Origin: Candidatus Krumholzibacteriia bacterium | GTDB taxonomy: Bacteria > Krumholzibacteriota > Krumholzibacteriia > LZORAL124-64-63 | NCBI GenBank assembly: GCA_046484865.1 | Contig: JAWOID010000063.1 | Location: 32,001 to 96,000, forward strand | DNA: 64,000 bases | Direction: 5' to 3' | Shown: piece after piece, positions 39,834 through 49,252 of the stretch | Numbering within the stretch: the first letter of the stretch is position 1 | Layout: every line of letters begins with the position of its first letter | Notes under the pieces: generated by a model | Told to the model about the DNA's origin: nothing | The model's database searches: none | The model's input: the letters and a program-made list of their open reading frames with translations, nothing else | Translations under genes and position numbers: made by a program

Positions 39834-39894
39834 GCGGAGCGCTCGGGCTCTTCGAGGTCGCGCGACGCCTGATACGAGCGGCTGCTCTGCCGAG

Positions 39895-41478
39895 TCACGC
39901 CAGCAACGTTCCGGCAGGATGGGGCTCCGCACCGAACGGCCTCTCCAGTCGTAGCCCCCGCAGGTAGACGCCGGTCACCTGGCCGCCCGCCGCCAGGTGG
40001 GCGTAGGGACTGAAGTCGGTCGCGGTGCGCAGGCCGGCGGCGTCGAGGCGGCCGCCGGCGCCGGGCGCGAACAGCACCAGGTCGGCGTCGGCGCCGATCC
40101 GGATCGAACCCTTGCGGTCCGCCAGCCCGAGGATCCGGGCAGGAGCGGCGGCGAGCACCTCGACCAGGAGGCGCCAGCTCGCATCGTCCAGGTCGGCGGG
40201 GGCATCGCTCCGAGCTCCATCACGACCGTCGCTTCGGGCGAGCAGGGCGTGGACCAGGGCGAGGCGGGTCTCCACTCCGGGCAGCCCCCGCGGGAGCCGG
40301 GTGAACGGGGTTCCCGGGCGGTCCTTCTGACCGCGCCGGAAGCAGCAGTGATCGGTGGCCACCACGTCGACGGTGCCGTCACGGAGAGCCTCTCTCAGGG
40401 CCCGGCGGTCGTCCTCCGTCCGCAATGGCGGTGCCACGAGGTACTGCGCGCCGTTCGCTCCCTCGTACAGCGATTCCTCCAGCAGCAGGTACTGCGGGCA
40501 GGTCTCCAGCCGGATCAGCGGCGTGTCGCCCAGCGCGCGCGCCTCGCGGATCGCCGCCACCGCGGCGGCGGTGCTGACGTGCACGAAGTAGACCGGTGCG
40601 CCGGTGTCGCGGGCCGCATCGATCACGTCGCGCACGGCCTTCGCCTCCGCCCCGGCGGGCCGTGACGCCGGGTAGTCGCGTGGCGAGGTGCGTCCGTCGG
40701 CCACCAGGCGCGTCGTCGCCTCGGCCACCAGGGCGCCGTCCTCGGCGTGCACCAGCACCACGAGACCGTGACGGCGGGCGGCGGTCAGCAGCACGCGCAG
40801 GTTACCGGGGGAGACGGCGTAACCGATCTCCTCATAGCAGGTGAAGACCTTCAGGCTACGGCCGCCCACCTGGCGCAGGGCGGCCAGCTCGTCGTCGATC
40901 CGGCCGGCGAAGTCGGCACCGTACTCGGTCACGTTGGCATGGAACGTGAAGTCGCACCGGGCACGGCCGTCGAACTCGACCCGGCGGGCCTTGAAGTCGC
41001 CGGCGAGAGTGCGGCCCGGCCGATGCAGGGTGAAATCAGCGACCGTGGTCACGCCCCCGGCCAGGGCCGCGGCGGTGCCGGTGTCGGGGTCGTCGGCGGT
41101 CGTCTGGTCGCCCATGGGCAGACCGAGATGGACGTGGGGATCCACGAGTCCGGGCAGGACCACGAGGCCGTCGGCGCGAACGTGCTCGCGGGTGGCCGGC
41201 AGGGAACCGGCCACGCCGGCAGGACCGGTTCGCCCGCGAAGCTCGCCGGTGCCGGCGGTCCCTGTCGCGGCGGCGCGTGTGCCGGGACCCAGGTAGGCGA
41301 TCCTGCCGTCGCGGACGCCCACTGCCAGGTCGGCCGGACCGTCGGGCGTGACCACCCGGCCGCCGGTGATCAGCAGGTCGAGCGGTCGGTCGGCGCCACC
41401 ACCGGACGGAGCGTCGGGCAGGCTGCTGCCGCCGCCGGCGGATCGGTCCGCGCGCTCGTCCTCGCCGTCGGTTCGCAC
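39895..41478 (-). CDS. hyuA: dihydropyrimidinase/hydantoinase (cyclic amidohydrolase, HyuA-like)
   Basis: PGLVDPHVH, GGVTT, SLKVF (carboxylated Lys), HAED, VHVST, PPLR, ATDHC, KGSI..GADAD; GGAGGT before the GTG. Confidence 0.85.
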   Translation of the reverse strand: MRTDGEDERADRSAGGGSSLPDAPSGGGADRPLDLLITGGRVVTPDGPADLAVGVRDGRIAYLGPGTRAAATGTAGTGELRGRTGPAGVAGSLPATREHVRADGLVVLPGLVDPHVHLGLPMGDQTTADDPDTGTAAALAGGVTTVADFTLHRPGRTLAGDFKARRVEFDGRARCDFTFHANVTEYGADFAGRIDDELAALRQVGGRSLKVFTCYEEIGYAVSPGNLRVLLTAARRHGLVVLVHAEDGALVAEATTRLVADGRTSPRDYPASRPAGAEAKAVRDVIDAARDTGAPVYFVHVSTAAAVAAIREARALGDTPLIRLETCPQYLLLEESLYEGANGAQYLVAPPLRTEDDRRALREALRDGTVDVVATDHCCFRRGQKDRPGTPFTRLPRGLPGVETRLALVHALLARSDGRDGARSDAPADLDDASWRLLVEVLAAAPARILGLADRKGSIRIGADADLVLFAPGAGGRLDAAGLRTATDFSPYAHLAAGGQVTGVYLRGLRLERPFGAEPHPAGTLLA

Positions 41479-41516
41479 GTCCGCACCTCCGCTGTCAGCT
41501 CCGCCGGCGGGAGCTC

Positions 41517-42542
41517 TTACATCAAGGCCGCCATCAGCGCCTTGCAGGTGTGCAGGCGGTTCTCCGCCTCGTCGTACACGACCGAGTTCGGGCCGTCGAT
41601 CACCGCGTCGGTGACCTCGGTGCCACGGTCGGCGGGCAGGCAATGCATGTAGAGCGCCGCCGGATCGGCCAGGCCCATCCGCCGCTCGTCGCAGATCCAG
41701 TCCCGGTAGTTCGCTCCCAGCGCCAGCGACTCCTGCGGGCGATCGAACAGATCCAGGCAGCCCCAGCTCTTGGGATAGACCACGTGTGCGCCGGCGAAGG
41801 CGGCGTCCATGTCGTCGACGATCTCGAAACTGCCGCCGCTCGCCGCCGCGTTCGCGCGGGCGATCGCGAGCTGGTCGTCCATCAGCCGGAACTCCGGCGG
41901 GTGGGCCAGGGACACGTCCATGCCGAACCGGGTCAGCAGCGTGATCAGTCCCTGGGGAACCGACAGCGGCTTGGCGTACGTCTTCGTGTACGCCCATGAT
42001 ACCGCGATCTTCTTGCCGCGCAGGTCGCGGCCGAGCTTCTCCTGGATCGTCATCAGGTCGGCGAGCGTCTGGCACGGGTGGTCGACGTCGCACTGCATGT
42101 TGATCACCGGTTTGTCGGCCCAGCGCGCCACCTCGCGCAGATAGGCGTTGCCCTCGCCGGGGATCTTGTCGTGCCGGATGGCGATGCCGTGCCCGTAGCG
42201 GCTGAGGATGATGCCGGTGTCCTTGGCCGACTCGCCGTGCGCCACCTGCGAGGTCTCGGCGCTGATGAAGTGGGCGTGCGCGCCCAGCTGCGTGGCACCC
42301 GCCTCGAACGAGTTCCGCGTGCGGGTGGAGTTGTCGAAGAAGAGCAGGAACACGGTCTTGTGCGACTGCGCCAGCGTCGGCTCGCCACGCCGGAAGCGGT
42401 CCTTCAGCTCGCTCGAGAGCGCCAGCAGCCGCTCGATTTCGGGCACGCTCCAGTCCTGGGTGACGATCCAGTCGCGGCCGCGCAGTTCGCCGCCGAGGGT
42501 GAGGTCGGGCACGATGGGATAGGGACGGTTCTCGGTGCTCAT
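41517..42542 (-). CDS. ygeW: YgeW-like carbamoyltransferase
   Basis: STRTRNSF, HGES, HPCQTLAD, YgeW-type SWAY...YAKPLSVPQG, YPKSW, HCLPAD, EAENR. Confidence 0.85.
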   Translation of the reverse strand: MSTENRPYPIVPDLTLGGELRGRDWIVTQDWSVPEIERLLALSSELKDRFRRGEPTLAQSHKTVFLLFFDNSTRTRNSFEAGATQLGAHAHFISAETSQVAHGESAKDTGIILSRYGHGIAIRHDKIPGEGNAYLREVARWADKPVINMQCDVDHPCQTLADLMTIQEKLGRDLRGKKIAVSWAYTKTYAKPLSVPQGLITLLTRFGMDVSLAHPPEFRLMDDQLAIARANAAASGGSFEIVDDMDAAFAGAHVVYPKSWGCLDLFDRPQESLALGANYRDWICDERRMGLADPAALYMHCLPADRGTEVTDAVIDGPNSVVYDEAENRLHTCKALMAALM

Positions 42543-42546
42543 CGGG

Positions 42547-43875
42547 TCAACGCTCCTTGGCGCCGGGCCAGTCGCCGGCACGGGCGGCGAGCAGGCTGAC
42601 GAGGGTGGTGTAGAAGGCGATCGCCCGGCCGACGTGGGCGACCGGACACTGGTCGGTCGGGGCATGGGCGTGGATCTCGTTCGCGGGTCCGAAGCCGATG
42701 GTGGGCACGCCATGCAGACCGCAGGTGGCCACGCCGTTGGTGGAGAAGGTCCACTTGCCGGCGGTTCCGGGCTCGCCGAGGGCACGCCGGCGGGCGTCCA
42801 GGGCCACGGCGAGCAGCGGGTCGTCCTCGGGCAGCGTCCACGCAGGGAAATACTGGCGCATCGGGTAGACGAGTCCCGTGTGGCTCGGCCGCTGGAACAG
42901 CGGCACCTCGACGCGCGACGGCGCGATCCTGGCGGCGGCGCCGTCCGCGGCGGCGGCCCCGGTGCCGGCAACCCCGGGACCGGCAGCTGTGCCCGCGTCC
43001 GTCGTTGCCGCCGGCGGCGGCGCCTCGCGGGCGAGGATCCGCTCGATCTCCGCGATCGCGGTCGCGTCCGTCTCCCCGAAGGTGAGGCGGCGGTCGAGAT
43101 GGATCGTGCAGGCGTCGGCCACCGCGCAAAGGGAAGGCGCCTGGGAACGGATCTCGCTCGTGGTGATCGTGCCGCGGCCGAGGAAGGGGTCGTCGGCCAG
43201 TTCGGCGCCCAGGCGCCCGATCGCCTGCAGCACCGGTGCCATGCGATGGATCGCGTTCACGCCGCGTTCGGGCGCCGAGCCGTGGCAGGAGAGGCCGCCG
43301 AGAGTCACCTCGAGCTCCATGCGGCCGCGCTGGCCGCGGTAGACCTGCAGGTCGGTGGGCTCGGTGAGCACCACCAGGTCCGGCCGCATCAGCCCCTCGT
43401 TCAGGATGTAGTGCCAGCAGAGCCCGTCGCAGTCCTCCTCCAGCACCGAACCGACGAACCAGAGGGTGAGATCGCCGTCCCACGCCAGCTGCTTCAGCAG
43501 CGCGCCGGTGTACACCAGCGCCGCCATGCCCGCCTTCTGGTCGGAGGCGCCGCGGCCGTACACGACGCCGTCCACGATCTCGGCGCCGAACGGGTCCACC
43601 TGCCACAGCGAGCGGTCGCCCACGTCCACGGTGTCCACGTGGGCGTCGAACGCCACCACCCGGCGGCCGTGGCCGATCCGGCCCCAGACGTTGCCGAAGG
43701 GGTCCACCTTCACCTCGTCGAAATAGAGGGCGGTCATGCGGTCGTGGATCAGGGCGACCGCGCGCTCCTCGCGTCCCGACATGGAGGGGGTGCGGATCAG
43801 GTCCCGCAGGAAGTCGGTCGCGTCGTCGGCCATGCGCTCGGCGCCGGCGCGGATCTGCTGGTCGGTCAGGGGCAT
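42547..43875 (-). CDS. ygeY: YgeY-like M20 family hydrolase
   Basis: DAHVDTV, GRGASDQK, EEDCDG, TEPT, RGQRGRME, HGSAPERG, WTFSTNG, GFGP..E..AH. Confidence 0.9.
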   Translation of the reverse strand: MPLTDQQIRAGAERMADDATDFLRDLIRTPSMSGREERAVALIHDRMTALYFDEVKVDPFGNVWGRIGHGRRVVAFDAHVDTVDVGDRSLWQVDPFGAEIVDGVVYGRGASDQKAGMAALVYTGALLKQLAWDGDLTLWFVGSVLEEDCDGLCWHYILNEGLMRPDLVVLTEPTDLQVYRGQRGRMELEVTLGGLSCHGSAPERGVNAIHRMAPVLQAIGRLGAELADDPFLGRGTITTSEIRSQAPSLCAVADACTIHLDRRLTFGETDATAIAEIERILAREAPPPAATTDAGTAAGPGVAGTGAAAADGAAARIAPSRVEVPLFQRPSHTGLVYPMRQYFPAWTLPEDDPLLAVALDARRRALGEPGTAGKWTFSTNGVATCGLHGVPTIGFGPANEIHAHAPTDQCPVAHVGRAIAFYTTLVSLLAARAGDWPGAKER

Positions 43876-45197
43876 CGCTCGCCTTCCTCGTCGTCGGTGG
43901 GTGTCGGGAGCTTGCCGGTGGCCGTCCACCGGAGCAGCTGCTGAAGGGCGTCGGCCGTGGGCACCAGGGTTCGAGGCGGGTTGGCGGCGGCGCACCGCTC
44001 CACCGCGTTCATGTCCTTCAGGCCGTGCCCGGTGTGCAGGAGCACCACCTCGGCGTCCGGGGCGACCACGCCCTCGAGAGCGGCCCGGCCGAGCCCGGCC
44101 AGCGCCGCCGCCGCGGCAGGCTCCACCAGCATGCCGGCACGCGTGGCGAGACGGCTCTGGGCCCGCAGGATGTCCACGTCAGCGACGGTGACGAAGGCAC
44201 CTCCGCTCTCGCGCACGGCGCGCAGGGCCTTGCGCTGGTCGCGAGGCCGGCCGACGGCGATCGAATCGGCCAGCGTCAGCGCGACGACCTCGTCGCAGAC
44301 GTCGGCGCCGGCTCGCCAGGCCCGTGCCAAAGCGGCCGAGCCCTCGGCCTGCACGCCGAGCAGTCGTGGTGGCCGCGCGATCAGGCCGAGCGCCTCGAGG
44401 TCGTGGAAACCCTTGTGCACGCCGCCGATGATGCAGCCGTCGCCCACCGGGACGACCACCCAGTCGGGCGCGCGGTAGCCGAGCTGTTCCCAGATCTCGA
44501 GAGCCAGGGTCTTCTTCCCCTCGCCGAGCACGAAGTTGGTGGCGGTGTTGCGATCGTAGCAACCGGCGGCGCGACAGTAGGCGGCGCACAGATCGAAGGC
44601 CTGGTCGTAGGTGCCCGCCACGGCCCAGAGCCGCGCGCCGTGGGCGCGGATCTGCAGCAGCTTCACCGGTGGTGCGCTCGCCGGGGCGAAGATCGTGCAG
44701 CGAAGCCCCGCGCGGGCGGCAAACATCGCCACCGACGACGCCGCGTTGCCGGTGGAGGCGGCCGCGATCTCTTCGCGGCCCAGCTCCAGCGCGTGGCTGA
44801 CCGCCACGGAGGAGGCGCGGTCCTTGGTCGAGCCGCTCGCCAGGCGCGTATCGTCCTTGACGAGCAGACGCACGGGCAGGACGACCTCCAGCTCCCTGGC
44901 GAGCGTGGCCACCAGCCGGTCCTCGAGGCGGATCAAGGGCGTCATTCCCGTCGGCAGGTGCACCACAGCCTCGGGTCGCCGGACGGGCAGCAGCTCGTGA
45001 TAGCGCCAGAGGGTCGGATCGTCGCGGCTCGCGAGCAGGGCCGGCCCGAAGCGGCCACGCAGCGCCTCCAGGTCGTAGCGCACGTCCAGGGTGCCGGCCA
45101 GGGGACCGCAGTCGGGACAGGTGAACACCGTCCCGTCCAGCGGATAGACGCGGCCGCACTCGATGCACACCACGTCCTGGACGCTGGAGTACCTCAT
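43866..45197 (-). CDS. threonine synthase-like PLP enzyme with N-terminal Zn ribbon
   Basis: CIECG...CPDCG, SGSTKDR, ASTGN, EGKKT, PVGDG, EPAAA, TGHGLKD. Confidence 0.88.
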   Translation of the reverse strand: MRYSSVQDVVCIECGRVYPLDGTVFTCPDCGPLAGTLDVRYDLEALRGRFGPALLASRDDPTLWRYHELLPVRRPEAVVHLPTGMTPLIRLEDRLVATLARELEVVLPVRLLVKDDTRLASGSTKDRASSVAVSHALELGREEIAAASTGNAASSVAMFAARAGLRCTIFAPASAPPVKLLQIRAHGARLWAVAGTYDQAFDLCAAYCRAAGCYDRNTATNFVLGEGKKTLALEIWEQLGYRAPDWVVVPVGDGCIIGGVHKGFHDLEALGLIARPPRLLGVQAEGSAALARAWRAGADVCDEVVALTLADSIAVGRPRDQRKALRAVRESGGAFVTVADVDILRAQSRLATRAGMLVEPAAAAALAGLGRAALEGVVAPDAEVVLLHTGHGLKDMNAVERCAAANPPRTLVPTADALQQLLRWTATGKLPTPTDDEEGERCP

Positions 45198-45198
45198 C

Positions 45199-46548
45199 TC
45201 AGAATCGCTCCCACAGCGCGGCCGCGGCCGCGCGGCACTCCGCGCGCAGCGCCGCTTCGTCCAGCCGCGTCGCACGTCCGTTCGCGAGCACCTGCTCGCC
45301 GCCCACGAACACGTCGGCCGCGCGAGCGTGGGTCAGGCCGAACATCAGGTGCCCGTGCAGGTTCTCGGCGTCGAGCGGCGTCGCGGGCAGGTAGTCCCAG
45401 ACCGTCAGGTCGGCGGGATCGCCGACCTGCAGCCGGCCCAGACCGGCAGCGAACGTCTCGCGCGCCAGCTCGGCGTTGGCGTGGAACAGCAGACGTGGTA
45501 CCTGGGCCCAGCCCGCGCGAGGGTCGCCCGCGGCGTGGTTCTGCAGCAGGTGGGCGCACAGGGCGTCGCGGCGCGGGTCGGCCGTGAAGCCGTCGGTGCC
45601 CAGGGCCAGGCGTACCCCCGCATCGCCCAAAAGCTGCAGATTCGCGGCGCCCACTGCGTTGTTCATGTTCGATTGCGGGCAATGTACGAGCCACGACCCG
45701 CTGGCGCCGAGCAACGCCCGCTCCGCGTCGTCCAGGTGGACGCCATGCACGCAGATCGTCCGGGGCCCCAGCACGCCGGCCTGGGCCAGCCGCTCGATCA
45801 CGCGCCGGCCGCTGCGACGCAGCGCGTCGGCCTGATCGGCCACCGCCTCGGCCACGTGCACGTGGCAGCCGGTCCCATGGTCCTCGGCCAGCCGGCGGCA
45901 GGCAGCCAGTGTGGCATCGCTCAGGGTGAGCGAGGCGTGCAGGCCCACGAGCGCTCTGAGACGATCGCCCGGCATGGCCGCCGCCCGGTCGAGGCCGCGC
46001 GCGTTCTCGGCGATGCCCGCACTCGCGGCATCCTCGCCGCCGCGATCGGAGACCTCGAAGCACACGCAGGCACGCTGCCCGGCGGCCAGGAACCCGTCGG
46101 CCAGCGCGGCCAGCGAACCGGCGACGTTCGCCTGCGAGGCATGGTGATCGAAGACACAGGTGACACCGGCATGGAGACCGGCCACCGCATGCAGGCGGGC
46201 CGACAGCTCGATGTCGCGCAACCCGAGAGCCCGGTCGAGGCGCCACCAGAGCCGCTCGAGCGTCTGCACGAAGTCGGCCGGCGGCGCGTCCTTCAGGGCG
46301 ATGCCGCAGGCCAGGGTCGAGTAGGCGTGGGTGTGGGCGTTCACGAGTCCGGGCGTGACGAGCCGGCCGGCAGCGTCGATCACCCCGGCGCCGTCTGATG
46401 CGACCGCGCCGCCTGGCGCGACCGCGCCGCCGTCTCCCGGAGTGGCGCCGATCGCGGCCACCACGCCGTCCTCGACGAGCAGGTCGACGCCCGCGCGCAC
46501 CGTCGCTCCGTCGAAGAGGAGCGCGTCACGAACGAGGACGCGGCTCAC
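45199..46548 (-). CDS. ssnA: SsnA-like metal-dependent amidohydrolase
   Basis: PGLVNAHTH, LWWRLDRAL, DHHAS, GLHASLT, HVAE, SNMNNAVG, LGTDG. Confidence 0.88.
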   Translation of the reverse strand: MSRVLVRDALLFDGATVRAGVDLLVEDGVVAAIGATPGDGGAVAPGGAVASDGAGVIDAAGRLVTPGLVNAHTHAYSTLACGIALKDAPPADFVQTLERLWWRLDRALGLRDIELSARLHAVAGLHAGVTCVFDHHASQANVAGSLAALADGFLAAGQRACVCFEVSDRGGEDAASAGIAENARGLDRAAAMPGDRLRALVGLHASLTLSDATLAACRRLAEDHGTGCHVHVAEAVADQADALRRSGRRVIERLAQAGVLGPRTICVHGVHLDDAERALLGASGSWLVHCPQSNMNNAVGAANLQLLGDAGVRLALGTDGFTADPRRDALCAHLLQNHAAGDPRAGWAQVPRLLFHANAELARETFAAGLGRLQVGDPADLTVWDYLPATPLDAENLHGHLMFGLTHARAADVFVGGEQVLANGRATRLDEAALRAECRAAAAALWERF

Positions 46549-47855
46549 GGCCGGCCTCCGGTCGCCGGCAGCTCCACCAGCTCCAGGCAGCCGGCCACGG
46601 GCGCCACCGTCAGGCACAGCCCGCAGCCCACGCACAGTTCCGGATCCACCTCGGGCAGGCGGCCGTCCGCCGGCCACCTGACAGCCTCGTGACCGCCGTC
46701 GCGACAGGCCACGTGGCACAGGCCGCAGCCGATGCACCGCTCGGCGACGACCCGGCTGCGGACCTCGCGACGCGGCAACGCGTCGTGATCGACGAGGTGG
46801 GGCAGGCTCCGGCCGACCAGCGCGGCCGGCGAGGCCAACTCCTTGCGCGTCAGGTACCGGGAGAGCCCGCTGGTCAGATCGTCGATGATGCGGAAGCCGT
46901 GGTGCATGGGTGCGGTGCAGTACTGCACCACGCCGGCGCCGACGAGCATGAACTCCACCGCGTCGCGCCAGTCGCCGGCGCCGCCGGTGCCCAGGATGGG
47001 GAGCGAGACGTGCCGCGCGATCTCGGCGATGGTGCGCAGCGTGATCGGCTTGATCGCCGGGCCAGTGAGCCCGGAGTAGGTGGAAAGGCCGCGCAGCGCC
47101 GGCCGGGGGACGAAGGTCTCGATGTCCACGCCCATCAGCGCCGGCACGGAGTTGCTGGCGGTGATCGCGTCGACGCCGGCCCGCTCCAGGGCGCGGGCCA
47201 CGGCCACGATGTCGGTGACCTGGGGGGTGATCTTGATCGCGACGGGCACGCTGCCCGCCGCCTCCTTCACCCAGCGGGCCACCCGCTCGGTCGCGTCGGG
47301 CGACTGGGCGAGCATCTTGCCCGCGTCCTCGCCCATGCTGCCCTGCGGGCACGAGAAGGAGCACTCGATCATGTCGGCGCCGGCGGCGGCCAGCCGGCTC
47401 GCCACGTCCTGCCAGTCGTCGCGGCTGGCGCCCATCATGGAGGCGATGACCACCCGGTCGGGAAAGCGACGCTTCAGACGGCGGACCCGCCGGACCACCT
47501 CGCCGGCGTGGTGGCGGCTGATCAGGTCGATGTTGCCCATGCCCACCAGCCGCTGGTCGCCGTGGTCGAGCGAGGACATCATCGGGTAGGCCAGGTCCAC
47601 CCGCGTCCCCTCGCGCGAGGTGGTCTTGAGCACGGCGCCCGCCCAGCCCATCTCGAAGGCGCGCTCCACCATGGCCAGCTCGTCGGTGCACGGGGAAGCG
47701 GCCAGCAAGAAGGGATTCACGAACCGCAGGCCGCAGAAGTCGGTCGCCAGCCCCGGGTATTCGTAGAGGTCGGCCTGCTCGAACCGACGCTCCGGGTCGG
47801 GAGCGCCGGCGATGCGGCGGCGGGCCGCGGCGCCGGGATCGGGGCGGCTGCTCAT
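46545..47855 (-). CDS. preA: dihydropyrimidine dehydrogenase PreA-like subunit (FMN + ferredoxin domain), divergent active site
   Basis: NPFLLAASP, GWAGAVLKT, NIDLIS, SCPQG, GPAIKP, CIGCGLC...C and CVGCGLC. Confidence 0.8.
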   Translation of the reverse strand: MSSRPDPGAAARRRIAGAPDPERRFEQADLYEYPGLATDFCGLRFVNPFLLAASPCTDELAMVERAFEMGWAGAVLKTTSREGTRVDLAYPMMSSLDHGDQRLVGMGNIDLISRHHAGEVVRRVRRLKRRFPDRVVIASMMGASRDDWQDVASRLAAAGADMIECSFSCPQGSMGEDAGKMLAQSPDATERVARWVKEAAGSVPVAIKITPQVTDIVAVARALERAGVDAITASNSVPALMGVDIETFVPRPALRGLSTYSGLTGPAIKPITLRTIAEIARHVSLPILGTGGAGDWRDAVEFMLVGAGVVQYCTAPMHHGFRIIDDLTSGLSRYLTRKELASPAALVGRSLPHLVDHDALPRREVRSRVVAERCIGCGLCHVACRDGGHEAVRWPADGRLPEVDPELCVGCGLCLTVAPVAGCLELVELPATGGRP

Positions 47856-49252
47856 CGCGACCTCCGCAGGCGGGCGGCGATGGCGCGCGCGGCCGCCTTG
47901 CCGTCGCGGACCGCCGCCACGATGGTCTGATCCGAGCCGACGGCGTCGCCGCCCGCGTACACGTTGTCCCGCACCAGGCCCGTGGCCGGTTGCACCCTGA
48001 TCCACCGCGCGCGCGAGCGCGGCAGCTGATCGGCCAGAGCGGGCGGCTCGAGTCCCGTGGCCAGGAGCACGCGATCGCAGGCCAGGGCGAGCTCGTCGCC
48101 CGGCACCGCGACCGGTCTGGGACGACCGCTGCGGTCGGGCGCGCCGGGTCGGGTCCGCTGCAGGCGGATGCCGGCGACCCTGCCCCGGTCGCCCTCGATC
48201 GCGATCGGCGCCACCTGCAGGTGCAGCTGCACGCCCACGCGTTCGGCCTCGCGGATCTCGCGGTCCCAGGCGGGCATCGCGGCGCGCTCGCGTCGGTACA
48301 CCAGGTGCACCGCGGTGCCCGCCGCGTCCGACCCGTTCAGCCCGCAACGGACGGCGGCCATGGCGGCGTCCACCGCCACGTTGCCGCCGCCGATGACCAC
48401 CACCGACCGGCCCACCGGGTTGCGGTAGTTCCGTCGCCGGCACCGCTCCAGGAACTCCAGCGCGGACGATACCCCGCGCAGCTCGGCGCCCGGCAGGGCC
48501 GGTTGTCGGGCCACCGCTCCGGGCGCCACGTAGAGCGCATCGTATCGCGCGGCGAGCGCGGCGAGGTCGCGCACCGGACGGCCGTCGAGGATCCGCAGCG
48601 ACGCCGGTCCGCGCGCGACGCGGCGGCGGGTCGACCCGGCGCCGCCGGCGCGCTCCTCTGGCGCGATCCAGCGCACATCGCCGGCGAGCGCCCGGTCGGC
48701 GAACCGGTAGGCCGGGATGGCGTGGGCGAGCACGCCGCCGGCGCGCGCGCGGGCCTCGTGGATGTCGACATCGATCCCCAGGCGCCACAGCTCGCCGGCG
48801 CAGGCGAGCCCCGCGGGCCCGGCCCCCACCACGGCCACCCGGCAACCGAGCCGCTCGGCCGATCGCACCGGACGCGCACCGAGCGTCTCGCCCGCCTCGG
48901 TGGCGTGGCGATGCAGCCGCCGGATCGCGATCGGTCGGTCGATCCGTGCGCGGGTGCACGCGGCTGCGCAGTACTGCTCGTCGGGGCAGGCCAGGCCGCA
49001 GCTGCCGGCCAGCGGGTTGGCGCTGCGCACCACCTCGGCCGCGCTCCCGAGGTTCCCGCTGCGGATCATGCGGATGAAGCGGGGGATGGCGATGCCTGCC
49101 GGGCAGTGCCGCTGGCAGGGCGGATCGAAGCACTGCAGGCAGCGCGTCGCCTCGGCCAGCGCCTCGTCGGGCGAGAGCGCTGGCTCGGGGGCGAAAGCCG
49201 CGGCCTGGGCGGCGGTCCAGCCGGCGGACGGGTGGTCACGTCGCGGTGCCAC
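47852..49252 (-). CDS. preT: dihydropyrimidine dehydrogenase PreT-like / GltD-like FAD-NAD(P)H subunit
   Basis: RCLQCFDPPC...CP, CGLACP...C...C, GAGPAGL, IGGGNVAVD, YRR, AGGD; coupled to preA. Confidence 0.82.
   Translation of the reverse strand: MAPRRDHPSAGWTAAQAAAFAPEPALSPDEALAEATRCLQCFDPPCQRHCPAGIAIPRFIRMIRSGNLGSAAEVVRSANPLAGSCGLACPDEQYCAAACTRARIDRPIAIRRLHRHATEAGETLGARPVRSAERLGCRVAVVGAGPAGLACAGELWRLGIDVDIHEARARAGGVLAHAIPAYRFADRALAGDVRWIAPEERAGGAGSTRRRVARGPASLRILDGRPVRDLAALAARYDALYVAPGAVARQPALPGAELRGVSSALEFLERCRRRNYRNPVGRSVVVIGGGNVAVDAAMAAVRCGLNGSDAAGTAVHLVYRRERAAMPAWDREIREAERVGVQLHLQVAPIAIEGDRGRVAGIRLQRTRPGAPDRSGRPRPVAVPGDELALACDRVLLATGLEPPALADQLPRSRARWIRVQPATGLVRDNVYAGGDAVGSDQTIVAAVRDGKAAARAIAARLRRSR

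Noticed and set aside
41517..42542. Annotation as arginine-biosynthetic ornithine carbamoyltransferase (argF)
   Set aside because: It lacks the SMG ornithine-binding motif, has the YgeW-type SWAY...KPLSVPQG segment, and lies between ygeY and hyuA.
47852..49252. Annotation as glutamate synthase small subunit (gltD)
   Set aside because: No gltB is present, and the gene is translationally coupled to a PreA-like gene.
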